Source of the DNA: Balamuthia mandrillaris
Taxonomy: Eukaryota
NCBI GenBank assembly: GCA_031835245.2
Contig: JAVKOQ020000109.1
Location: forward strand, 62,001-126,000
Direction: 5' to 3'
Length of the DNA: 64,000 nt
Numbering within the stretch: the stretch's first letter is position 1; each line of letters opens with the position of its first letter. The notes beneath the pieces are model-generated. The model was not told where the DNA came from. It made no database searches and saw only the letters and a program-made list of their open reading frames with translations. The position numbers and the translations under genes are program-made. Shown here piece by piece: positions 13,301 through 26,184 of this stretch.

Positions 13301-14184
13301 TCAGTGTTGCTATTTTGCTTTGACGCTTTGTGTTTGCGAGGAGACAGGCGACGAGGACCTCTCTCCTTCTCTTTCTTCTTATCTTTCTTCTCCTCCTTCT
13401 TTCGTTTCTTTCTCAACAGCAGCTTGCTGTTCTTTACCGTTGTGATGGTGGAGGAAGAGTTTGAGGCAGCAGAAGAGGAGGATAAAGAAGAAGCAAGAGG
13501 AGAGGGTGAAGAAAGGGTTAAGGAAGAAAGAGGAGAGGCGGTATTAACAGAGGAAGCAGAAGCAGAAGGTAAAGAAGAAGACGTGCTGAGAACAGAAGAA
13601 GACGAAGAGGAAGGTGTTGTCGTTGATGACGACAAAGTAGCAGAGGAAGTGGCGACGGAAGAAGAAGAGGACAAGGAAGAGAAAGATAAGGAGGTAGAAG
13701 AAGAAGAGGGAGATGAGGAGAGAAACGCAGGCGGACCCGAGGAGGTGGACAACGAGCGTTTCTTGCTGGTCGAGTTGGTCTTGGCGAACACGCGCTTGCC
13801 GCTATTACTATTACTATTATTATGGCTGCTCGTTGGGCTGTGGATGAGGGTGCCGCTACTCGTTTCTGGGCTTGCTGCAGAGTCCTCTACATTCGCGGTG
13901 GTTGCTCGCGGGGTAGAAGGAGTAGGGGGTTGGTGGGATCGCGGAGAAATATTTGTGGAGGAGGAGGAGGAGGAGGAGGGAGCATGAGAAGAAGAAGGAG
14001 GAGAAGAAGAAGAAGAAGAGGAGGAGGCAGCAGCGGATGGCTGATTGATTTCTGAGGAGGCGGTCTCTGCCGCCGCTGGGGCCGAGTGGGGCGCTACCAG
14101 ATGAGAAATAACGGGGGAGGTGCCGCTACGTCGTTTTCGTTGTTGAGAAGAAGAAGACAAAGAGGGAGAAGAAGAGGAAGACAT
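7742..14184 (-). CDS. Large multi-exon protein: Ser-rich/charged N-terminus, TPR-like helices, BTB/POZ domain, C-terminal ankyrin repeats
   Basis: BTB: SEYFRRMFESEMLES...FNDIIEYFYTDQ|LEVNAGNAVELLLCANQFGISYL. Ankyrins: GKTPLEIAV, GTPLMIAAYYGH, NTALMIAALQGH, ALHFAAYGGH. ORF segments are separated by GT-AG introns; not every junction was verified. Confidence 0.75.
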
Positions 14185-14704
14185 GTACAAAAAATACTAA
14201 TACTTAAAAAAAAAATCCAAGAAGGACTGAGTGAAGCGGGTGTGGCGGGAGAGAGCCTTCTTTGCTTTTCTTTTCTTTTCTTTCTTTTCAGCAATTTTTT
14301 ATAAACATTTTTGGAATCATTTGAATTCCTGAATGTTAATCATGCTTGTCATGTTTTGAATCGTTTAAATTCTCGCATTGTTTTCATGTTTCAGATGATT
14401 CGCATTCCTTTCTGATATGGAGTTGTTGATCTCATGTCCTCTCTCATGTCCATCTAGTTCAACGAAGAAACTCAGAAGCAGTGTGTTTGCCTCACCGAAA
14501 ACCGACGACGTTATGTGGCGTTCTTGGAAGGAAGGGGTGGGTAGGTTCTTCTTCTTCTTCTTTCTCTCTTTTCACTTTTTTGTTTGAAAGCGGCAGCTTA
14601 AACGAGACCTCTTTCTCAAAAGAAAGGCTATCCACAGAAAGGCTTCACGAACAACGCTTATAAGAGAGATAAGAAGTGTTTAGTTGTTGTTGTGCATTGT
14701 AAAG

Positions 14705-16675
14705 ATGCCTCGCCCTGCATACCCGGTTGATGAAGAAGAGCCAGAAGAAGAAATGCACCCAAATGAAAAACTAAAAGAAGAGGAAGAAGAAGAAGAACAA
14801 GAAGTAGCATACAAGAGTGAGGAAGAAGAAGACGAGGAAGAATACGAAGATGACGACGATATGGACGGGAGAATTCCCGACTTTCGTGTCTTTTCGTCCG
14901 CCTCTTCCTCGACTTCCTCCTCATCTGGAGCAGCTCAACGGAAGAAGAAAAAGAAACGGAAGAACCAACAGACTCAATGCGAACCGCGGCAAGAAGACGC
15001 TGAAGGAAAAGACAAGCACGGACCCTTTCTTTCGCCCAAAGAAACGAAACGAAGCTACCTCAAACCTGCTCACCTGATCTTCCAACGCTTCAAATGGGAT
15101 CCGCAGCTGCGACCTCTGTTGGAGCGGTCTAGTGTCGGCTACATCGACCGCTTCCTTGGTCTCATCGAGCAACCGTTTACGTTCGTTTTTTTTTTGTTCT
15201 CATCTGTCTCTCCTTCTCTCTCTCTCTCTCTTTGTGCCCTCTCTTCCATGTCTCTCACCATCAGATAAAATAGGGACTTTAAAACGGTGGACGAGGATGA
15301 GTTTGGCGTCCCATTCCACCGTATTCGTAACTTTAAGATCGATGAAGTCACCGTTTGGGACCGTGAGGCACGGGTTGACCTTCTCACGCCTGGGTTAGCT
15401 CTTCTTCTTGAGCTTTTTGTTTTTGCTCTCCTTCTTCATTATCATTTTGTTCTTTCCAACCAACGCTATACACCACCAGAACGTGGATGAAGATCGTAAA
15501 GAATGTTCCTTCGCTGCTGCCACCGGAGTCACCAAAGGAAACAGACTCCACAACTTTAACGACCACACAAGCAACCGGTGGGCCGAAACGTGCGGTCCTG
15601 TTCAGTTGTGGCGCCTTTTGTCCTGTCCATAACCAACATGTATTCTCACTCCCAGCAACATTTTCTCTGACTTTTATCTCTCTCGATCTGTCTCCACATT
15701 CGTTTTCCTAACTTTGCTCCTTATGCCTAACAAATGAAGATTCATATGTTGGAGGTGGCAAAGAAGCACTTGGAAGGAAAGAGAGGCTACAACGTGGTAG
15801 CTGCAATTCTGTCCATTACCTCTGATAGTCAGCTGCGCAAAAAGCTTCGCCGCACAGCTCAAGAAAAAGGCCTTTCCTATGAAAACAGTTCCCTTCTTCC
15901 CTCTTTTACTTCTTTTGCTTCTGCTTCTTCTCCTCGGCTTTTTTGTCTGAATATATAATTCTTACGCTATCTCTATAACAGATAAGGGAGACATGAGAGG
16001 GTTCATCAAAGCAAAAGACAGAGCTCGCATCATCGAATGCTCAACACTGGAGGACAAGCAATGGGTAGTGGCTGACTTGTGGGCTGCGGAAAACAACGCA
16101 CCAGCTGCTCAAGCGCAACGCCATGTTCAACAAAAATACAATAGCGGTACCACCACTTCATTCTTTCGTTGGCCTAACAGTCTCTTATGTTTTGTTCTTT
16201 AATGTCATTTGGTTCTTTAACTTCCAGGTCCAGTAAGCGATGATGTAGAAGTGATAAGCGTATTTGGGGCGGATGCACTTCAAAAGATCCGCACCCTCAA
16301 GAATAAGGTTCCCTCTCTCGCTTTCTTTGTTTGTTTGCTCATATATTAACTCCACCCCAGAAATCGTCGATTATAGTGGTTGTAAATAGGAAGTATGACT
16401 TTGAAGTGGAACAACTCTTTGCAGAGAAAACAAAGAAAGACGAAGACAAAAATGACTGTTCATCATCGTCGTCGCAACAGTCGTTTATTGATTTAGTGTA
16501 TTGCGAGGACGAGAATATGCTTTCGATGGAAGCCAGTTCTACTATGATCAGAGAGGCTTTTCTTTCTGGAGACGTCGCTTTGCAGGATCGAGTTTGTAGA
16601 GAGTTGTTGCATCCTGCAGCGCATCGCTATATTGTGGAAAACAACATCCTGCCTGTTTGTCCGTTGTAAGCTTTC

Positions 16676-16717
<42 letters not shown>

Positions 16718-18205
16718 ATTCTCGCTTTTATTCCATCCGAAGAACATATTACTGATGAAACGAATTTTAGACGACAAATAGACAGGCCAACGCTCGAAGT
16801 GAAAGATATCCATCAGCTTGCCAATGAGATATCGCCCGGCTTGCATATCGGTTCTACTTACATTCTTCTTTGCTTTCTTTTGTTTCTGGTGCTCAACCTC
16901 AGATATTAATAGGTAAAGAGATAAAATGGAAAGGATTGAATTTCATGCAACAACAAACAGAATCAACAACAGCTCCAGAAAGGATTGGTCAAGGAGTTGG
17001 AAGTGATGTCTTTACTGCTGTCTACAGCGGCATTCCAGTGGCCGTTAAAGTGTTTGAATCTATGGAAGGCAATACGCTACCTCCTAGAAGAACGCTGCGC
17101 ATGGTCTTCAACGAAATCATTGCTCTTCGGTTCGTTTTTTGTTGTTTTGTTTGTATCTCACTTTTGCTGTTTCCTTGTAGTTCTTATTTTTGTTCTATCT
17201 TCTTTACTTCCGTTTGCTTTCCAGGCAGTTGAGTCATAATAATATAGTACGCTACATTGGAGCAGGATTGGAGGCCGGCAAAGTGTTTATAGTGCTGGAA
17301 CTCGGAAGTCATGGTTGTCTGGCCTACTTCCTACAAAACAGGTTCCAACCACCAGCTTCATCAGCACCAATCAAGAGCAAGAAGGCAGATAGGTGGAAAT
17401 GGGGCTATGGAAGACGTTGGCGCGTTCCCGAGCCCAAACTACTTCGGAAGAGTACCTCTCTCTCTCTCTCTCTCTCTCTTATTATTTGATACAGAGTTGT
17501 TGACGTTGTCTTGATGATGACTTCAAAACAAAGTGTTGTTGGATATAGCGAAAGGAATGGAGTATGCACATCAACTAGGTATCATCCACCGAGATCTCTC
17601 CGTCGATAATGTGCTTGTTTTCAATGAGGAAGAACTCAAAACCGACAAAGATGACAAAAACTCTTCTTTCGCGTTCAAAGTAGCTGACTTTGGACTGTGC
17701 CAACATAAACTATTCCCACAAGTTATGCACGAAGAAGGCGAAACAGAAAAAGCGAAAGAAAAACAGGATGAAGGAGAACAAGGCGAAACAGCTGAGGAGA
17801 AGCATCATCATCTTGTCACCCTCAGAGGCAGTTTGCGTCTTTATGCTCCGGAGGCTGTTCAAGACGTTAATTGGTACAGCTTCCCTGCGGACGTGTTCAT
17901 GTATGGCATGCTTCTATACGAAGTGTTAGAGGGCCTTCAAGCGTATCGCGGGATGTCTACGTCTGCTGCCATTCAAAAGAAAATGAAGGTTTGTTCCCTC
18001 TCTTCTTTCGCGCGCTCTCATGAATCTAGTTTTCGTTCTCATCGTGACTGAAAAACACAAGGGAGAAAGACCTCCAATATCTCCAGAGAACAAAGAAAGA
18101 TATCCAGCTTTCGTTGAGTTGATGGAGAAATGTTGGCAACAAGAGCCACAAAACAGACCTACCTTCGCGGGCATAGTGCAGCAACTCGAACAAATGCAAT
18201 GCTAG
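14705..18205 (+). CDS. MJ1316 (RNA-end recognition) + NMNAT/NadD-like nucleotidyltransferase + TKL-type protein kinase fusion
   Basis: MJ1316: FQRFKWDP...VGYIDRFLGL...VPFHRIRNF...VWDREARVDL. NTase: CGAFCPVHNQH, FGADAL, ASSTMIR. Kinase: GQGVGSDV, VAVK, HRDLSVDN, DFG, YAPE, CW...RPTF. Inter-domain introns 15394-15479, 16666-16770 and 16851-16912 preserve the frame. Confidence 0.8.
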
Positions 18206-18357
18206 AAAAACCAGTTGCGTCACATTCCACAACGACGAAGAAGTACGAAAGGAGCACAAACGGAAGAGACAAACATTGAAGATAACAAAATCTTTGTTGA
18301 GTGAATGAAAAAAAAAAGAGTTCAAAAGTTGGGAAGGTTCATTTAGAACCGATAGGT

Positions 18358-19338
18358 TTAGTAGTATCCGGTGTTGACGTCCTCATACTCAGGCTCGGGG
18401 AAGCGAATGTTGGGGATCTCGTACTCGTACTTCACGTCCGGGACCTTCACCTTGGGGATCTTCACGTGAGGCAGCTTGATGTCCGCCATCTTGATGGTGG
18501 GCAGCTTGATCACAGGGCCACCCACTGTGGGGATCTGGATGTTGGGCACCTCCACGTTCCCCAACTGCAAGTCCTCCAAGGTGATGACCTTGGCGGGGAT
18601 GCTGGGGATCTGGATGGGCTCCAGGCAGATGTCAGGGAACTTGATGGCGGGGAGCTTGATCTTGGGGAACTTGATCTCTGTGGTTGTTGGCGAGCAAGAC
18701 AGAACAGAATGTTATTCAGCAACAGAAAGAAGAAGAAGAAGAAGAAGAAGAAGAAGAAGAAGAAGAAGAAGAAGAAGAGAGAAGAAAGTGAGAGAAAAAG
18801 TATTACCAGGGATGTAGATCTTGGGGCCAGGGACGGAGGGGAGCTGCAAGCTGCCCATTTGGATCTCAGGGAAGCTCACATCGGGGACCTTCAAGTCACC
18901 AGGGCAGATTTTCTTCATCTTGATGTCCTCCAACACGATCTCCTCGAAGGACAGCTCCGGCATGCTGATGGTCTCCTCGTAGCTCTCCCATGTGATCTCC
19001 GGGGCAATGACATCTCCTCCGTAGGACACGTCTCCGCCATCGTAGCTCACATCTCCTCCGTCGTAGGACACATCCCCGCCATCATAGGTCACATCGCCAC
19101 CATCATAAGACACATCTCCGCCATCATAGGTGACATCTCCGCCATCGTAGGAGACGTCTCCGCCGTCATAGGTCACCTCTCCTCCATCGTAGCTCACATC
19201 TCCGCCATCGTAGGTCACCTCATCGCCGTCGTAGGAGACGTCTCCGGAGCCGTAGTTCACGCCCCTCCTCCTGGTGGGGGCAGCAAAGGCAGCGGAGAGG
19301 AAAAGGAGGCCCAAGGCCATGCACAACAAAACTCTCAT
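18358..19338 (-). CDS. Secreted repeat protein (YDGGDV[S/T] heptads plus P-x-[IV]-K-[LFV] pentamers), two exons
   Basis: Signal peptide MRVLLCMALGLLFLSAAFA. One intron (about 18680-18805) containing (CTT)n. Exon 2 reads EIKFPKIKLPAIKFPDI...PDVKYEYEIPNIRFPEPEYEDVNTGYY*. High GC3. Confidence 0.8.
19024..19254 (-). repeat. Coding tandem repeat, 11 x 21 bp (YDGGDVS/T)
   Basis: 231 nt equals 11 heptad units; Ser/Thr alternation in the first eight units suggests a 42-bp higher-order unit. Confidence 0.9.
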
Positions 19339-19860
19339 TTTGCAAGCTGTGATGTTGGTTTCTTGCTTGTTGGTTGGTTGGTCGGTTGGTTGGTTGTTGT
19401 TTGTTGTTGTTTGTTGTTGAGTTTGAATGGGGAAGGAAAGAGGAGGAAGAGGTATAAATAGTGTTCAAAGCGGTGATGTGTTTGTCAGAGAAAAGGTCGC
19501 ATGGTCACCAGTTTTCTGGCTGTTTGGTGGGGAGATTTCAGGGATTGCTCTCCCTCCACCACGGAGGGCGTGGTGATTGGGGTGGGGAGGAACCGCTCCA
19601 CGTTTTTTCTTCCACTTTGAGCTTGACTTTTCGCCTGTGGTTTCCCGTTGGCGCACGTGGCAAAAAACACTGGAAAAAAAAATTGTTGAAATTTTTCTTG
19701 GAATTAGATTTGTAATTCATTTTGACGAAACGAAAAAACACCGGGGGGCGAGAAGGCAAAGAAAGCAACAGGAACGAAAAGGACGCGGCTGTGTGTGTGA
19801 TTTTGAAGCCGGCACAACGCGAACCGGAACCAACCACCCTTTTTGTTCATCTTTGGCGGT

Positions 19861-21174
19861 ATGACTACCACGGCTACCTGCGAGGGGTCCGTAAATTGGG
19901 ACGTGTTGCCGGAGGAGCTGCTCTGCCACGTCTTGGACATGCTGCCTGATGCTGGCGTCGGGCCGGCCGCGAGGACCTGCCGCCGGTGGTATGCCTGCAG
20001 TCCTTTGCCACTCCGACGGAAGCTCCACCTGCGGTGGGCGTGCTCCTCCCTGGCTGCCTTGCAGTGGTCTCACCTGCAACAAGACTGCCCTTGGAACGAG
20101 AAAGTTTGCCAGTTTGCCGCTGAGAACGGCTGTTTGGAAGCATTGCAGTGGGCACGAGCGAATGGATGCGCGTGGGACTCTGAAACCTTCACTGCGGCTG
20201 CTCGGCAGGGCGACATGCGCACGTTGACGTGGCTGGAAGAAAACGGATGTCCTTGGGGCGAGGAGACATGCGCTCAGGCGGCAAGCGAAGGCCATCTAGG
20301 CGCTTTGGAATGGCTGCGAGCGAACGGATGTCCTTGGGACTCAGCAACTTGCGCCGAGGCCGCTAAGAGAGGAGATTTGGAGATGCTGAAATGGGCAAGA
20401 GAGAACGGATGTCCTTGGGACTGGTGGGCGCCGGCCTTTGCTGCTTGTTATGGCTATTTGGAGATTTTGAGATGGCTGAAAGCCAACGGCTGTCACTGGG
20501 ACGCGCGTACGTGCTCGGGGGCAGCTGCAGGTGGTCAGTTGGACATCTTGAAGTGGCTCAAAGCAAACGGGTGCCCGTGGGACACGCTAACGTGCGCCGA
20601 TGCGGCAGTCAAAGGACATTTGGATGTGTTGATATGGGCGAGAGAGAACGGGTGTCCTTGGGACTCACGGACCTGCTTCGCCGCGGCCTTGAATGGAGAT
20701 TTGGAGATGCTGAAATGGGCGAGAGGGAACGGATGTCCTTGGGACAAGCGCACTTGCACCTACGCCGCAAAATATGCTCACTTGGAGGTGTTGCAATGGG
20801 CAAGAGAGAACGGATGTCCTTGGGACGAGCAAACCTGCGCAGAGGCAGCAAGGAACGGCCATTTGAACGTATTACAATGGGCCAGAGCAAACGGATGCCC
20901 TTGGGACCAGTGGACCTGCTCGGAGGCTGCTAAGGAGGGTCACAGGGAAGTGCTCAAATGGGCCAGAGAGAACGGGTGTCCTTGGCGTGAAAGAAAAAGA
21001 AAAAGAGAGGAAGAGCAACTCGAAGCGGAAAATGGAGAGGACGAGGATGAAGAGGATGAGGATAAGGACAAGGAAGGTGCTGAAGAAGAGGAAGATGATG
21101 AAGATAGACTATGTGCAAGAAAAAGGATGTCCTTGAGGTTTGAACCCAACAAGAGAAGAAAAGTGAACAAATAA
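19861..21174 (+). CDS. Intronless F-box + 11 GCPW-type 27-aa ankyrin-like repeats, acidic tail and C-terminal NLS-like motif
   Basis: F-box-like WDVLPEELLCHVLDML...AARTCRRW; repeats GCPWDxxTCxxAAxxGHLEVLxWARxN; ends PNKRRKVNK*. Confidence 0.88.
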   Translation: MTTTATCEGSVNWDVLPEELLCHVLDMLPDAGVGPAARTCRRWYACSPLPLRRKLHLRWACSSLAALQWSHLQQDCPWNEKVCQFAAENGCLEALQWARANGCAWDSETFTAAARQGDMRTLTWLEENGCPWGEETCAQAASEGHLGALEWLRANGCPWDSATCAEAAKRGDLEMLKWARENGCPWDWWAPAFAACYGYLEILRWLKANGCHWDARTCSGAAAGGQLDILKWLKANGCPWDTLTCADAAVKGHLDVLIWARENGCPWDSRTCFAAALNGDLEMLKWARGNGCPWDKRTCTYAAKYAHLEVLQWARENGCPWDEQTCAEAARNGHLNVLQWARANGCPWDQWTCSEAAKEGHREVLKWARENGCPWRERKRKREEEQLEAENGEDEDEEDEDKDKEGAEEEEDDEDRLCARKRMSLRFEPNKRRKVNK

Positions 21175-21265
21175 AGTTTTCGCATTGGTATTGTTCAGGG
21201 TTATAAACGAAAAGCAGCTCTCTCTTTCGCTTGGCAGTTTTTAAAACAAAAAAAAAGTTAAGAAC

Positions 21266-22759
21266 TCAATGCAAGGCAAGTTTGGCCACAGTGATCACCC
21301 TTTCTACGCCACACTTGCCCTGTGCCAGTCTGACGAAGCCATCTTCACCATACTCCGTGCCCCATGAGTTCTTCATTTAAATGAAGCGTCAGTGACAAAC
21401 AAATGAAGACAAGCAAGCAAGTATCTGCGGCAAACGAAGAAACAAAAAAACAAACAAACAGAGCATAGGATAATAGGTACTTTGAGCTTCCAGAAACGAA
21501 GGCCCTTTTCTTCACCGTAGCCAACGATTGTCACGCAGTGGTTGATGAAGTCTGGCTTGCACTTTTCAGGATCGAGGATGCCGCTCTGGTACGACACCAA
21601 CGGCAACGCGTTCAAACACGCCGACACGGGTCCGTAACGGTACACCAGTGCTTTAATCTATGAAATCAACTTTTAATATTTCAAAGAAAACAAAACAATA
21701 CCAAACACGCAAAAACAAGACTCGTAAAACGAACCATTTCGGGGTGACAAGGTTGGGTGCCCAATCGACAGTAGCTGGTATGTCCAGCGATGCGAACGCC
21801 CGCGCTCTTTGGGCGAAAGACACAGCTCTCATCCCTTGCCGTGTAGGGATATTCCTCATCCGTGTTGATCATTCCTTTCTCGGGTTTTTTCATGATGTCG
21901 CCCATTGCGAGGAAGGGCCATCCACCGTTGCAGCCGTGGTTGGAGAGGGAGCAGTCCACAAACTCTTGCTCCGAGAGAATTTTCATGTGGTGGCCCGCTT
22001 TTGTCCACATTCCTTCCACATTACCTACCGTTGAAAATGCCCTTTACAGTGTTTTTTTGATCAAAATTGTTTAAAGAAAAGCTTAGAGGGTAGAAGAGAA
22101 GAGAAAGAGAGAAAAGGAAAGAAACGACTGGAAGGAGAGAACGTACCAACAACTACCACAAGCTTTTTGGTCTTTGACAGTAATGCCAATATGTTCGGTC
22201 CAATCCCAGGAGTCAGGCACTTTGCCCTGGATGACATCCTCCATTAGCACGCCTGTCATCTTTCGAAGCTCTTCCTCATCGACCTGCTCTTCAGGCAGAC
22301 CCATTGTGGCCAGATCCCCTCCGCAGGGGTATCTGTTAAGAAAACATAAGAAAACAAAACAAAAAACAAAAAAACAATAATGTACCTTGCGAACTCTTCG
22401 AGACTCATGTCGAAGAACTTGGTCACTCCAAAGGTAGCTTCTGGATTTGCGTTGCTTTGCAGCAGTCCGTTCAGCTCTCGCCAGTTGGCCGCAAAGTTTT
22501 GCATGGCCTTTGTCCTCTCCTCTTTGGTGGGGTAGCTCTTCTGGTAGTCCTTCATGAAACGTTGAAAGGCTTCATGGATCTTTTCTTTTTCTTCAGCTGT
22601 TGTTGGTTCATCTTTCGCAGGAGACAAAGCAGAAGAAGGGAGAGAAAGACTTAGGAACGACGAAGAAGAGGGAGGAGAAGGGTCATCCGTTGCTGAAGCA
22701 ATCGCAAAGATGAAGAAGAATAAAAGAGGCGTAAACAACCAAAGCGAGCTCGTCCTCAT
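21266..22759 (-). CDS. Papain-family (C1A) cysteine protease, cathepsin L/F-like, with I29 propeptide
   Basis: Signal peptide; propeptide FGVTKFFDMSLEEF; QKACGSCW (catalytic Cys), GCNGG, NHCVTIVGYG (His), WKLK|NSWG (Asn). Last exon ends VAKLALH*. Confidence 0.93.
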
Positions 22760-22997
22760 AGCCTATCTGTTTCGTTGGTTAACTAAAACAAAAAAAAAAA
22801 AAGAGAAAAGAAGAAGTGCGATGCAAAAAGAAAATATATAAAAACTGAAAAAACAAAAAAACAAGAAAGTGAGTTGTAAATGTGATGGAAGTGAGTTTGC
22901 CGTCCTTTTGTCTTGGGTTTTCTTCATGTCCATCAGCATCACCGTGGACCATTTAATGCGCTCTCTCTTGTTCATGTTTGTTTTCCAAGTGCATCGA

Positions 22998-25521
<2,524 letters not shown>

Positions 25522-25682
25522 GTCGTCGTTGGTTTGCACTTTAATAACTATTTTTCTTTTCTGGGAAATTTCTATGCTCTTTCCTTTTTTTGAGTGCAAT
25601 AAAATGATTTTTCTATCGAATTTCTATCGAACTTTGTCCGCAACAATGACGTCACATCGGGTGGTGAGGAAGAACAAACAAC

Positions 25683-26081
25683 ATGGAGGAGGTGCGAGGT
25701 TTGTGTTGGTGTTGGTTTCGGTGTGGTGGTTTCCTTGTTGAGGGCATGGGCATGGAAAGAGAATGGTTTTATTTTTTGTATTTTTAACGTCTGGTGTTCA
25801 TCGCATGCAGAACTGAACCAGAAACTGAAAGAACTGGAAAAAGAAGCCGCTGAGTTCTTTCGGAACTGTCAGGCCATGCAAGACTACCAAAACTCGCTGC
25901 TCCAAGTTTGTGAGATTTGGGTTTGTTACTCCCTGCCTTCCTCTTTCTGTGATTGTCTAAAGCAAACAAAACAACCTCACTAACTAATAATACCAACTCC
26001 CAGACGGAATGGATATCAAATGCAAAGAACCTTTCACAAATTGAGCGGACACTCCAACAAATGCCTGACTCAAGAAAGTAA
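25683..26081 (+). CDS. Small (about 62 aa) three-exon coiled-coil protein of unknown function
   Basis: Spliced MEEVR|ELNQKLKELEKEAAEFFRNCQAMQDYQNSLLQ|TEWISNAKNLSQIERTLQQMPDSRK*. Both introns are GT-AG and phase-compatible; A-rich context before the ATG. Confidence 0.55.
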
Positions 26082-26184
26082 GCCTACTCAAACTCAAAGC
26101 ACAGAGTGAGAGAGAGAGAGAACGAGAGAAGAGAACTTTCACAATAGTTATGTCAGTTGTTTTATTTCTGTTCTTAGTATTATT

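Noticed and set aside
19024..20990. Regular repeats as a CRISPR-like array
   Set aside because: Both repeat sets are in-frame protein-coding repeats without unique spacers, in a eukaryotic context.
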